Of a stretch of DNA of 64,000 bases, positions 1 through 27,914 are shown piece by piece. Within the stretch, counting starts at the first letter, position 1; each line of letters opens with the position of its first letter. The position numbers and the translations under genes are program-made. The notes below the pieces were generated by a model. The model did not search any database, had not been told where the DNA came from, and saw nothing but the letters and a program-made list of their open reading frames with translations. Source of the stretch: Lingula anatina (taxonomy: Eukaryota; Animalia; Brachiopoda); assembly GCA_051362555.1 (NCBI GenBank), contig CM120640.1, forward strand, positions 12,338,001 to 12,402,000, written 5' to 3'.

Positions 1-14203
<14,203 letters not shown>

Positions 14204-14956
14204 GGTGGCAACAGTCTTCTCTTCCTCTGAAATCACAGGATAGTAATACTCTAAAATACCACTTGTAATAAATGCAAATCATTTTCAAAACATCAAAAGG
14301 CTATAAATACCAAGTTTTTCAATGTTTTTCACGTTCAGTGAGAGGATAGGGAATGAGCTAATGGACTCCTTATCTCCCTTCTTTTCTTTGAAATTGCAAA
14401 ATTGACACAAATCGCAAAATCCAACCACCTGAGAGGTGAAATGAGTTTGTTTCAAATGCAGTTTTTACTGCATTCCCTAGAAGTAATTAGTAAACAAACA
14501 CGTATGCTTCAATCCATCAAGTTTCAATTCAATTTGCTTCCTATGCCTTTTAATCTGGCAGATTGTTGAGATGGGTCAAAATAAAATTAGTTTACCAAAT
14601 CTGACTGGGTTCACAGAAAAAATGTAACATAAAAACAATGGCTATGAATTACATGATGGCAGTGAAACAATGAAAAACATACACACAGAAACATCACATC
14701 AACTCTGCACTGTACAAAAGAAAAATCAACATCATCAATACATCTCAAGACACAGTAGTTTACCTTATTTAACCATCACCAAACATAAAAGTTACCGAAG
14801 TACTTCAAATATCTTTGAACAAAGTCACAACTTCGAAGGAGGATTGAGGAGTACGCCGGTCGAACTGTGCTTTCCGTCCCCAAAAATTATACAAATAATT
14901 GCATAAAAATCAACATGTTTTAACTTAAGGAATCGAGGTTCGTCAGAGTTAATTAC

Positions 14957-15070
14957 CTTTCTTTATCTTTCTCCGGCGCCTTTAGAGTTCAAAACTCAAG
15001 CGTGTGTTTATCGAACACGCACAGACTTTCAATATGGCGGCGTCGTGCAGAGTACGTCAATCACGTGGTT
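14957..15070. promoter_or_regulatory. Probable bidirectional promoter for PRPF8 and GPR143, including the non-coding first exon of PRPF8
   Basis: Local CpG enrichment. A minus-strand donor (GTAAT, 14956-14952) matches the acceptor at 14228-14227. YY1-type motif AATATGGCGGC at 15031-15041 and E-box CACGTG at 15062-15067. Confidence 0.6.
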
Positions 15071-18054
15071 CAAGACAGGATAAAATCTTAAAGCATATCT
15101 TCAATCAGAGCTAAATTTACTTCAATTGAACAATTGAAATTGCACATGGGGATTTATTTGCTTAAAACATCGATCTGGCGTTAACAAATAACTACATTGC
15201 TTGAAAATTAGAATAGCTAGAAGGGTTGTCTTGATCATGCCCTGTCGGTGAAATTGCTAATATCAACACTCCTGACCAGAATTGTGTGTATATATTGTCA
15301 AGGGCTTATGGGTTTTGGCAAATTTTCAGCTGCGTAAAGGATCTATGCACAGTGTGAATTTACACACTATAAGACTCGCATAATAATGGAACTGACCTGA
15401 CGTAAGGCGAATAAGACTGTTGCAGACTTGAATGTGGGAACTGTTTTGAGTTTTGACAGATCCGCACATGACCAAATAATTCAGCTGAAAAAGATCAAAT
15501 TGAATCAAGGTAATATGCTCGACAAAAAGTGTTTTTTGTTGGACTGGAGCCACGATTGGAGACACGTTATCATAATGTCATTTACTTTTCTCAAACTATT
15601 TGATAATTAAGGTCGAATTAATTAAGAATTTAAAATATTCACAATACATGTATATATGTACTCAGTAGTAGTCTTTATAACTCAGAACTGTGAGGTTTAT
15701 TTTGGTAACGTACAGTGTCAACTTGAAGGCCTCAGTTTTTTTTATCATATACAGTGGATAGACTTCTATATCTATCCATAAAAAAGTGCATAATGCACTG
15801 GTGTCTTAAATTAGCTTGATTTGTGATAAACAAATATTCATTTAAAATTTCTTACAACAATTAATGAGTGTACATTTTTTCGTTTTTGTTGTTTTGGACT
15901 TGCTTATACCTTGTTTTTTTTTTTTTTACATTTTTTGTCAAAAATGAGCACTTGCTGTGACTATTGCATACAACATTTATTTTCCTTTTTTTTTCTCATG
16001 ATAATGTAAAAAATGTTCAGTTTCAAAGACAGTTTAAATGTACTGTAGATGTACAGTGTGTGGTGACATACAGTATATATTATCATTGACTATTAATCTG
16101 GTGTTAAAATTACACATTTGTCTTCATTGTTCAGCCTGGAAACAAAGATTGACTTTTGTTTTATTGAAGTTGTCTCTTCGCCTACTTATACAATACAAAT
16201 TTGGCACACAGGTGACTAGATTACAGGTTAGTTGCGACTAGTTTTGGACTACTGAACAGGTCCAGACTGTTTTGCATATTGATGTAAATTTGATGACCAG
16301 GCTTTGACCTTGTTTACCACACAATGTACAGCTCTCTTATTTACCCAATGCTTACATCATTAAAACAAACACTTAGATATGCATGACAAAACACTTGAGA
16401 TTCATGAAGGTGTCTGTGGTAAATGGTTAATTTTTGATAGTGTTTATTTGTTTCAATGGTTTGGTAGTACCATTATAGGTTCAGTATGCATAGTGAAGTA
16501 TATTATTTATGTGATTTAAGCCACGTGTCCACATTATCAATAAATTTTGAGTACGAATTTCAAAGATCTCACCTGTCTTATAGACTTAAAAAGTATGTAA
16601 AAACATTAATATTTTATTTAATAATCTGAAATTTTGAATTTTGTGATGCAAATATGCATGAGTAGATTAGGGAGTTATTTTGCAGTAACTTGTTAGGATA
16701 CCTTGTTTTGTTAAAAAATCAAATTAATAGACCTATGCTTTCTTGTTTAAACTTCTTTTGAACAAAAACTATAATGTGATACTATGATGTTTCTTTATTA
16801 AGAAATAAAATCATTAAGTTATCCCTCTTCCCCCCCCCCCCCCCCCCAATGACCCTCCTTTTAGTAGTAGACAGGAAAGTATATTTTCATATCATATATG
16901 ATGCATGTTCAGCCACGTGCAGATGCTGTGGTTGTATTATGTTGAAGAGTGAGTTGGTCAGACTTGTTTGTGTCTGGTTCTCTTATCATGGTTAATGAAT
17001 TACAGGCTGCGTGCACCAAGTGTGTTAGAGTGTTTGATTTTCACTTCATAATACTTGAATCAGCTGATGGAAGGGGAATTTGCGAGTCAAGGTGTGCCTT
17101 CAATTCTTTACTTTTTGTACATGAAAAGAAGAGTAGTTAATGTGAGTATCTGGTCTGAAATTGCATAACTTAAGGTGGAATTATTTAAGTGTAAACCTGA
17201 ATGAAAAAAATCTTATAAATCTTTTCATGTTTTGTTAGGCGATATCATGTGAACATGTAACCAACAGTTCACCTTCTGGATATCCTGTGCTTTTTGTTCA
17301 ATCAATAAATGCATTTTTGCCTCAAGAAAAAAATTTCACTTTTGGTTTCACATTCCTAAAATAATTTGTGGAATACCTTCAATACATACCATTACTTTTA
17401 TAAGTCATTTATTAAGAAAATGCAGTCAGTGATTGTTCATGGTAATTTGAGAGGTCAGAAGCACTAAAGTAGAATAGGACTAGGTTCCTTTGCCTACATC
17501 GCTCCATATGGATCAACCTAAATTGCTATCAACGTAAATGGCTTAAATGTCTGTCATGCCTACCGAATCAGTTGATAGCAATGTAGTGAGACTCTCCAGG
17601 GAGATAGATCGATCCAAATAACTGTGGGAATGGTCCCTGAGTGAGTGAAGCTTTTACTTTTAGAATGTTATCTTACAATATCTAGTATTGGTTCTACATA
17701 CACCCCTATATGTATGTCTATCATATCAGTATGGCCAAAAAGTAGGTTTCTCAAAACCTAGTGCACACTGATTGCATTGCTCAGCAGTTTCTGTATGGGT
17801 GCTGTAATTATTCATGGTATACAGGTATTATCACTGCATTACATGTATTTGAGGTCTGTCATGTCATGTTAGTGAATCATTGAAGGGTATTACCAAATTT
17901 TCAGTCAGTTGATCTCAGTAGAAAGTAAAAATCAAGTGAACTGAAAAATATCTGAATTCTTGTAATCCAAAATATTTGATATAGCTTTATTGGTGTTTTT
18001 CAGGAAAGAGGCTCAGGAATTAAAAGCTGCAGAGAGTTGTTCATAAACAGTGTA

Positions 18055-19246
18055 ATGGCATCTCCAACTTTGGAATCTTTTTGTGGCTTCCTCAATGTTA
18101 GCCAAAACCAAAGTGGGATATCAGACATTCAGAAGAATGATAACATTTTCAAGGCATATAACATTGTCTGCATTATATCCTCAGTATTAAGCATAGCTGG
18201 AGCTCTTATCCAAGTATTGGGCACATCACACAGTGCAGCCCCATCACAGACTGGTCAAGCTAGAAGCAGGCGGACAGCTTTTGAGACAGTTTCAGGAAAA
18301 ACACAGAAAACAATAATCAGTGCTTTAGCTGTCGCAGATGTGTTGGCTTGTTTTGGTAAGGTGTTAACAGAAAAAATCACTTTCAAGGATACAAATTCAG
18401 AAGCCATATTGATTCTAATTTCTAAATATTCATTTAAAGTTTTATATCCTTTAAATGATAAGGACTGATTGCCATTTAAACATGTTTACTTTAAAACTGA
18501 TATGACATTTCTATTTTTTCTGGATTTTAAGCTTTTTGGTATTTCCAGGGATTTTGTTCAGGTCTGCACTATGGCTTGGTGACCAAGAGTTAATTACTGG
18601 ACATTTGGAAGATCCTGCAGCTCATTTTGACAATGTCTTTTGTGCAGTGTGCTCTGTGAGTAAACCATTTATAAGAAGTATTTAAAAAGACTTCCCTTAA
18701 AAACTGAGCATTAAATCGAATCTGACAAAATATTGATCTAGTACAGATATTTGTAGTAGGTTTTAATGCTCTATTTGCAGAATATGCTGCTGTCTTGGGG
18801 TCAAGTATAATTTGATAAAATCTATGCAGGAAATGTAAATGAAATTGCTGAGTGTGGTATTTGTTTTTAAATATAACCATTGTTTGTACTTTAATACATA
18901 GGAGTGGCTTTGATATATGATTATCTAATTATTAATTTCAATATGTCGTGATTTAACTTGATTTGGCAGATAAAATAAGATAAACATGCATGCTTGTCTA
19001 GAATCAGAATTAGGCTATGCAACTGTTATCTGAGTTTCACCTAGTAGCCTAGGATGATGGTTAATTCTGTTAAATACCTTGTTTTTTTTTTTTTTACAGG
19101 CATGGATTCATTTCTTTTTCCTATGTACATATTTCTGGACCTTCTCATATGCCATTGATGTTTACCTTGTTGTGTGTAAAATAAATCCGTAAGTGTTATC
19201 TGTGGCATTCATAATTTATTTACCTTGAAAGTATTGACATTTTTAC

Positions 19247-19307
<61 letters not shown>

Positions 19308-22300
19308 TAAAGATAACTTCATATTGCCAAAATAATACCTTTTTGTTTAAGATCAGATGTGGCAATGGTGACTTTTTATACACAGACACTGTAATTGTCT
19401 GTATATATTCTGAATGGTCTGTCTGTCTGTGTTGTCCCTGCAGCTGTCGCTTTTCGACACAAGACATCATCCAGTATTACTTTCGAAAATCGGCATGATC
19501 AGTTTACATTTACAGTAATTATTGCTTTTTTGCACAATTTTGGTGATGTTCTTCTTATAACTTCCAAACCATATTTTTGTTTTTGTTTATATTTGGTAAA
19601 GAGACAGGTTGCATGTACATTGGTTAGATGCTAGCAATCCTTTTATTTGAATTATTTGTTTAATGTTGTAAAATAAAGGAAATCTTTTCTTAAAGAACTA
19701 AATGTGTTTTTCTACCTAGGAGGCAGGGCCTTGTGGCATGTTATACTAATAAGAGAATAATTTATTAAACTAATAAAATATATCCTTTTTGGTGTCTGAA
19801 TATTTGTCAGCTTTGCTGTCTAGTTATACTTAACTCTTCAGTCAAATGAATGATCTTACTAGAAGCTTTATAATTAAATCAGTTTTCAAAACTAAATAAG
19901 GCAAACAATAGGTATTGCTTTTGTCACCTGAATAATGTCTTATGATACTGTAAAAACAGATCTGGATTTATTGGAAAATTTATGATTATTTTACAGCAAA
20001 CCATGGTTGTATCACCTTTTAAGTTGGGGGTTGTCCTTGATTCTAGCTTTTGGTGGAATATTGCCTCTCTATACCCCTTTCTTGCTCAAGTAAGTATCAC
20101 TTATAAAAATGAAGGAGTAGAGGCTGGAAAATTTAACCTGTTTATGGAACAATTTTGTTATTGTGGAAAAAAGTTTTTCTGTTATTTTATTACATAATTG
20201 TTCAAATAGGTATTACATGTACAAAGTTTGGGTCATTGAATTGAGATTTTTCAATTTAATTTTTTACAAAATTCTATTGCATTTTGAATAAAAACAATTT
20301 TACATTTAAGAGTTTTTTATCGGTGAGGTTTACAACTTCATTCAAAAGGGCTTTTGATCTTTGAGCCATTATAATCAGGTGGGCATTAGCATCACACTGA
20401 TAACCTTCCTGGATGCAGCATTATGAGTAATAGTTCCTTTGTTAGTACTCAGTGGTATTCGTAAGCGCATTCTTCCTGGATGGGGGGAATTTTTACTAAA
20501 CTTTATGTATGGAAAAGCTGTAACCTTATCCTTGTTAATAATGGAAGCATAATCCTACAGACACTTTATTTCTCTTTCTAGTTAATTTTATAACCAGTAA
20601 GTCATAAAGCCTTAAAGAGTAATTTTTTACTACTAAAATAATTGCACTATGGTAGGAGATGAAAAAATAATATATTGGGCTTTTGATTTGAATATTTCAA
20701 AATAATAAACAAGTCTCTTTGCTCAACATCTGTGTGATACATCTTTGCTCAACATCTTTGCTCAACATCTGTGTGTTATAACATCCATGTGACATTCAGT
20801 ACAAAAACAAAAAACGTACCTGAGGCAAAACCAGGAAGTAGTGCACCTTGAAATTCCATTGAATCGTAAGAAATAAGTTTTTCTGGGACATTTATACTAG
20901 TATATATATTTATGAGTGCATGAATTGAGAGGAGTCGCCGCGGCTAGTTTGCTGTCAAATTTTGTTATCATACACAAAACAACAGAATCAAATAGATGTA
21001 GGTTGAAAATGTCATTTTATTGACATTTGCACTTTGATTAATGTTCAAAGTACGAATGAAAAGTACTGAGAGTTAGATATAAATCTATGAATGACAATCA
21101 TGCATGTTATATAATTTTCAAGCTTAAAGATATAATTTACATTTCAGCAAAGATGGAGGGAAAAAGGGCCCACACATGGCAATATGTTTTAGATAAATTT
21201 TATGTCCAAAATTCGGCCGAGGCTGAGAGCGAGCTGCGCAACCCCTACCCTTCAGGAAGGGGACGTAGGTTTCCTCAATGCTCTGACAGCCCACTAATAG
21301 AGTTGTCTCTCTTGGCCTTATAACTGCCATATGTGCCCTATGCTAAGGTTATGCCCAGTATGTTGACTTAAACAAAATGAGAACTGCTAACACATAGAGG
21401 CTTACCTATATGTCAAATGTTTCTAAACATAAATACCATACATATAATAATGATACATAGAATTAATAATTGTTTTGTAGTGTTAATTAATCGAAACATT
21501 AGGGAGGGACAGGGTTGGGTTTGAGAAACTTTATGAAATTCACTAAAAACTTTTCTCTCCTGAGCATGTACTGCTAGGTTAAAATTTTCTAAGGAAGTGA
21601 GAGAGAGTGTTCTTTGTTCTTGGTGAAGCTGAACTCCTTATGATTCTGATTGGCTGATCATAATGAGACTAGGTTGTACTGTCCAATCAGGTTTTGCTAT
21701 ACTGGTATCTGACTAGTGTCACTTGGTAGTAATTAACTTAACAGCGTGAAATACAAAGCGAAGACATCCTGTCTGTAATTAGGGAAGAAACATCTGGAGC
21801 TTATCTTAGTCTCTGGGAGTTTCCCTGGGCATCTTACATCACATTAATACCCTCATCACACATAAATCCCTTTATTGTGACCAATAAATTATATATATAT
21901 ATCCACTTGATATGGTCCGGATGAAAAAATTTTCCCCTTTTATTTCTCTATTTTTCAAACATAGTAAGTTGGTGAGAACAAAATATTTTGCCACAAGCGA
22001 AGGAATTAACTAAGAATTTTTCCCTTTTATAGGTGTAAATACAATGAGGGATACCTTTTACCACACTATTTAACGACATACATTCCAATATTGTTTGTCA
22101 TGATCATCAACCCGGTGCTTTATTTCCTCTCAGCAAGAGCCAGTAAGTATCTGCATGTATTTCAATTCATAGACAAATTTTCTTCCTAAGACAAATCATT
22201 ATTTCATATACTGGTACTGAATGTCCTTATAAATATTATGATTGCTGTGTCTGTCTGTGCCACTGCTGTCCGACAAATATGTCCTTCACCTTATAATCGC

Positions 22301-24188
22301 CAAAAGTAGTTTTGTTTTTTGTACTTCATATTTGATGAAAAGCTATGTTTATTAAAAAGCCTTTTGGCAAATTGGCATGATCAGATTATTTTTACAAAAA
22401 TGTTGTTTATTGGAATGTTTTGTTTTTGTTAGAATGGAGCAATGGAAATTATAACATTTTCTGTTAAGTGTCTGTATATTTGCCAGATTTGCTTCTGGTT
22501 TTAATTTGGAAACACCCTATGTTTCAGTGTTTCTTTCAGTATAATTATTGTTATTGGGGGTTTCCTACAAATTTGTGGATTGGATTGTTTTTACAGTCAA
22601 AGGCTTAATAACGAGTGCCAGAGCCACATTTACAGACCTGGAGAGAAAATTCATATCCAAAATCAAGGACAGATTCACATTAGTTACAGCTGTATTTTAT
22701 GTGTGGTAAGTACACATGTAGCAGTATACTTTCACCCTTTATCCACTAAGATGGTCATTTTAATTGTTTTGTACTCAGTGCCATGAAATTATGTCACCTG
22801 TGTAGTGATATATACTTGTCAGTTAATGTATTGTTAGTATAGTTGTACATGTAGCAATGCATATCCACAAACAACTAACACATCAGTAAATAAATATAAT
22901 TCTAAGTGTGGTGCCATACTTTTAGTCATGGAATACATGTAGGCCTAGATTGTTTGTAAGATATTTTTCTAGCATACTCAAATATGATTTATAGTGAAAA
23001 TGGCTCTTAGAAACGAGAAATTGATCAAGATTAAAAAGATTAATATGTATGTGAAAAACTCTAAATTAGATAGCATCATTGTCATCAATCTTTGCTGTAT
23101 ATAGCATGTTATAGCTGTGTGCAGCATCAAAAATATCTATCTGCATTCTTTTGCTGCAGAATGAGTATTCTTTGTGCTTATTTGGTGTTTAGGTTTGTTT
23201 TGTGTGACATTTTATACACCCATTTAAACTTTTTTAATTTTAGCTGGCTGCCCAATATCATAAATGGTATACTGTTGTTTATACACCATCACTTTGGTTC
23301 AGATTTATCTATAGGTGAAAGTAAGGATGGCTGGTATGGGGTATTCCTAGCTATCTGGTTTATCATGGTATGTATAAAAGATTTGTAGTAAAACTATGTA
23401 TTCAAAATGAAATGACAGGGGAACACAAATAAGTCTTTATCAATTTTATCAGCAGAATGATTAACACTATCAAAAAGTTTTTATCATTACCTCTTGCACA
23501 TGCTCCATTGCTATATGCTTTATGCACTGGTATCATGTTCTTGCATAACTACAAGTGATACTCTGAATCTGGAATGAACCACTTGTGCCTACATTGGGAC
23601 CCATATTGCTACATGTCTATTTATTTGGCATAGACTTAAGGGTGTTTCAGATTTTACTTCCACATTTTGATGTAAATTCTGCCAATTAGTTTTAACTCTA
23701 TTAGATTAAAATGAGAATTTACTGAGTTTATGGTTAGTTTCTGCATTTCCATAGGTTTTACAGATGCTTCACACCTAGATGAAAAATGTTACAATTCTCC
23801 AAGTTAAATTTATAAAGTTGTACCTGAAAATAGATTTGGCATAATATTTTCTCACTTTGAATCACATAACAATCTGGTGATACGTTTAACTCATGGGGCT
23901 GCGCCGGTCTGTCTTTCTGATTTTTTTAAAATGGAAATTATACTTATGGCATCAGTTTTATTCCAATACTGTTAATTGAAAGTTGACTTTATCTCTTCAT
24001 TTCAGGCCATAGTCAATCCTCTGCAAGCCCTGCTGAACTCACTAGTATACAGGGGATGTGACGCATGTCACTGTACTAGAGCACCTGAGATAGATGCAAC
24101 AACAAGATGTGAAAACAGCTTCCATTATTTCAGTGCTTCTAATGATGAAAATGCACCACTTTTACATTACTCTAGTTCCAAGCACTGA
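18055..24188 (+). CDS. GPR143: G-protein coupled receptor 143 (ocular albinism type 1 protein) homolog
   Basis: Exons 18055-18355, 18549-18655, 19100-19188, 19997-20089, 22033-22142, 22597-22705, 23244-23367, 24006-24188 join in frame. N-terminus MASPTLESFC resembles vertebrate MASPRLGTFC. TM motifs include LAVADVLACFGILFRSALW, AWIHFFFLCTYFWTFSYAID, YHLLSWGL, CWLPNIING and WFIMAIVNPLQALLNSLVY. Confidence 0.95.
19247..19303. repeat. (AAT)n microsatellite
   Basis: About 19 uninterrupted AAT units in GPR143 intron 3. Confidence 0.98.
19372..19770 (+). mobile_element. Decayed Helentron-associated (DINE-1/HINE-like) non-autonomous element
   Basis: Starts with TTTTTATAC, followed by a short inverted repeat (tatacacagac...gtctgtatata) and a (GTCT)n microsatellite. 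This is the typical 5' layout of HINEs. The 3' boundary is uncertain. Confidence 0.5.
22203..22500 (+). mobile_element. Second, more decayed copy of the HINE-like repeat
   Basis: gtgtctgtctgtg..ctgctgtc..cgaca..a..at...tta...tcg and the downstream ttgttttt....atatttg.t.aa resemble 19420-19600. Confidence 0.4.
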
Positions 24189-26173
24189 TGCCCTGCTAAG
24201 CTTGATGATGGTTTCTGTTATTAAGGTGCTTCTATTGACTGAATGGAACACTAGTAGTATCAACTGCATGCTTACTCAGAGAAAATGTGGATAACTTGCC
24301 ACTTCAATGATTTTGTTTATTGAGTGGACAACTATCAACTTTATTTGATCAAAGATATAATATTTCTGTGCTTCCTATGCGGGATCAACCCACCTGGGGT
24401 TATTTAGGATGGTTTGTATGCCAAGTTTCTGAAGTATAAAATAATGGGAGTTTTCAGTCTCCAAGGAGAGAATACTCGTTCATGTACCAGTCTTGCTGCC
24501 AATACAACTATTATGCTTAGATGAAGAGACTCATCTAGTTTAAAAAGCATGCTAGAAGGACAGAGTGCAGACAAAGACGAGGGGATTCTCGCTTGTGTTA
24601 TATAAAGCAAATAAAGCTAAAAATATTTGCAGTTCAGTTTTTTTGAAAGTTATTGTTTAATATGTGGAAGTAAAATGGGTATTTCTGTTAGGAATAGTAG
24701 CATATCAAGCAAATATCTTATCTCTTTAAGTTTCACCTGAAAGACCTCAGTTCAGGCAAATATTGCTTTATATTTACTGGTCCGGATAGATAATGGAAAA
24801 ATAGCATTAGTATCATATTACACAGTGATTGACAGTTTTGTGGTTGTGCAGGGCTTTGGATGGTAGACATCAAAACTGAAAGTGATTTTCCTTTAATTGT
24901 TTTTGTTTATACTGTCTGGGGAATTAGTTACATAGTTTTAGCTAGACATATTAAATGTGTAATTCCCTCAGGTTATTTTACTTGCCTGTTGTTGTAACAG
25001 AAGTTATACTTTTTATCATCTCTTTATTAGGTTGTATAGTAATAAATTTAACAGGAGGCAAGTTAATAGATAACTTATGAAGTGAAATTCAACAATCAAC
25101 TTTAAGTATGGATCGTGATTTAAGAAGAAAATGATAGAATTGGGTATTCTTATTGTTAGTCTCTTTTTTCTGCATGTTGTATTAGTATGATGTGTTGAGG
25201 GGTTTTAGAGCAAAATGCTTTGGAGTATAATGCAGAATCATTTATGACAACTAAATTTCAAAGAAATTTTATGAATAATTAGAGGCATGTAATTACTAGG
25301 AGTTATGATAAACAAGTCTGTGATATTTTTGTATTTAACATATGTTCTCATATATATTTACAATTAGGGGTAGTTTAGATGTTACAAATGAAGTGATTTT
25401 TTTTATTTTTGATTTCTCCTTATAGTCCATTATAAGGTTAATGAAGATGTTCCAAATTTGTTTTGTCAACATAGGTTTTTTATGTTTATGAAAACAAAAA
25501 CGGTCAATAAATACTATTTGCTACATACATAATAGTTTTTTCTTAATTCTGGAGATAGTATGTAACGCAAACAGTCATAAACATTGACTACTAAACACAA
25601 ATATTATTTCACAATGCAATTTATTCATGTCAATTTTTAACTTGAAATTCAACAACGCAGTAATGTGAAAAAGCTACATAATTTTAAAAAGTGTATGTCT
25701 AGTACGTATATTTCATTATACTTCCATAATGTCATTTTTCATTGGCAAATGTCATGCTGTGTCATAAATAACATTATTGTAAAGTTAAGGTACCAATAAA
25801 TACTACAGAAACTTGTTCTTCACCCAGAATCAATTTAAATATAGTGTTAACATTCAAAGCTACACATTACATTGCACATTACCATTCTAAAGCTATGGTG
25901 CTGTTGCAGCCACCCAACAATTAAAGATGATAACTAAACCATGTGATGCACACATCCATACACTTCACATAAATTAAGTACATCTACGTACACTAAAACA
26001 TCTCCTACAACAATACATCAATAAACCAGCTAGCTTTTTTAAATTCCACAATAATAAACATAAGCTCCCAAAATTTTCTACCTACAGAATTGAAATGACT
26101 CATCTCATTTCACTCACATTAAAATAGATCATTTTATGGCCACTGAGAAAAAGAGTATTCAACTGAAGCACCT

Positions 26174-27914
26174 CTAGTATTCCCTCCCATTGGATTGCTC
26201 TGTCTGCCTCCACTGCTGATTATCATTCAAAGAGATTCTATCCACCGCCAGAGTTTCTACCTCTGGGGTAACATGAGTTGGGGAACCTTGGTCCTTGGCA
26301 ATAACAGTCTTATTTTTCTGCCGGTGTATAAGGACAGCTTGGGTATGGTGGCGAGGTTCCTTACCACCACGTATAGGTGGCAGCACTGTTGTTGCCTGTC
26401 GTGTCAACAACAGATGCGGGTCAGAGTCTTGTGCATGCAAGAAAGGTGTAGGATCTGGCATGGGCTGAGGATGCTGTGGGGTTTGAGGCAAACGTCGACC
26501 CGAGACAGGCCGCATGCCCAGAGAGCTGCCAGATGATGAACTGAGTTTCCTGGCAATGACAGGCTGTCCATTAGCATCCACCAAGGCCTTCCTGTTTCTG
26601 TATTGAGATCTGTGGAATGATGTGGGAGTGCCCTCTCTTGGTGGAGCAGGTGAAAAACTAGAGCGCACAGGATCTTCAGAGTTTTGTCCAGCAACACCCC
26701 GTTGCTGGCGCAGTTGTTCTCTTAATAGCACCACCTCATCTGATTTTGCATTCAGTGCAGATTCTAATGTTGTTACCTTTGATTTAAATGTCTGGATTTC
26801 CACAAACTGCTTCCTTTCAAAAGCTTTGAGAGCTTGCTCCAAAGATATTATTTTAGCTTCCCTTTTGTCTATTGTCTTGTATAGTTCCTCTTCCTGTTTC
26901 TTCTTCTCAGCAATTTCTTTCTCTAAAACCTCTACTCTTTGTTTATATTCATCTGAAATAAACAGCAAGTGTTAACCTACAAATCAATTTACAATTCAAG
27001 AGAAACTTCTCAAATTTTTCTTCTTTTAAATTGTTTCCCATATGTTCAGTAAAATAAATGTTATGTTCTTCTTCTTTTATCTATTTATTTACTTTTTGCT
27101 TATTTAACTTTTTTGAGAATTTTCAATTTTCTACAAAATGAAAACTTTTCTCTATCATTAGATGGCAATATATATTTAAAATATCTTACCTTCCTGAGAT
27201 GAAGAAGTCGATTGCATAGCCAACTGAAAAGTAAGATCTGAAAAGAGGGAAAAAAACAAAGGGATAAGCAAAATAATCAAACCAAGTATGAATAATTAAA
27301 GGTTTAATCTTCAGCATTGATTGAAAATGCATGTTAACCCCCATGATCACTAGATGTTTATTGATTTGGCCAACTGCTAATTCATATTGATCACATTCAT
27401 AGTTAATGACTAGCAAATATATTTAAGCCACAGGCAGGCTCTGAGACTACTGCCTCCTCAACATGTTTCATAACTAAGAAAACTGTGTCTTTTTTCAAAA
27501 CGAAAAGTTCAAGTCTGGTTTTATAGGTTTTCTTCTTTGACAATGGCATTTTAATAATAGTTTAGATACATCACAGAAACTATCATATCAACTTCTTTGT
27601 TATGAAATCAACTTACTAATTCAGGTAATGCATATAATAATATTGCTCCCTGGCAGAAAACATCTATCCAATTCACATCACCATATCATATATGAACAAA
27701 ACATATTTTCTGGGCCTGACCCATGTTAGTAAAAAATATGTAAAATAAAAGTTAGACCAAATGCTGCCTTTAAAAATCAAGTCTTACCTGAGCACCTTTT
27801 CTGCAAAGTCTGTATTTCTTCATGCAGTCCCTTCAAAGTTGTGGCATGTTCTTGCTGCATGAACAGAACAGCACTCTCAAGGTTAGCACGCTTTGTTTCT
27901 GACAAAGTGGCCAT
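26174..27914 (-). CDS. CCDC92: Coiled-coil domain-containing protein 92 homolog
   Basis: Exons 27914-27788 (MATLSETKRANLESAVLFMQQEHATTLKGLHEEIQTLQKRCS), 27237-27190 (DLTFQLAMQ) and 26952-26174. The LF.Q.EH..TLKGLH.EI..LQ..C.DLT motif is the CCDC92/CCDC74 N-terminal domain. C-terminal LPPI and EVETLAVD motifs favour CCDC92. A probable non-coding first exon ends at the donor at 29239. Confidence 0.88.

Noticed and set aside
19243-19470. ORF with a poly-Ile tail
   Set aside because: Translation artefact of the (AAT)n microsatellite.
26195-26975. Plus-strand ORFs of 113 and 117 aa
   Set aside because: Antisense shadows of the CCDC92 last exon.
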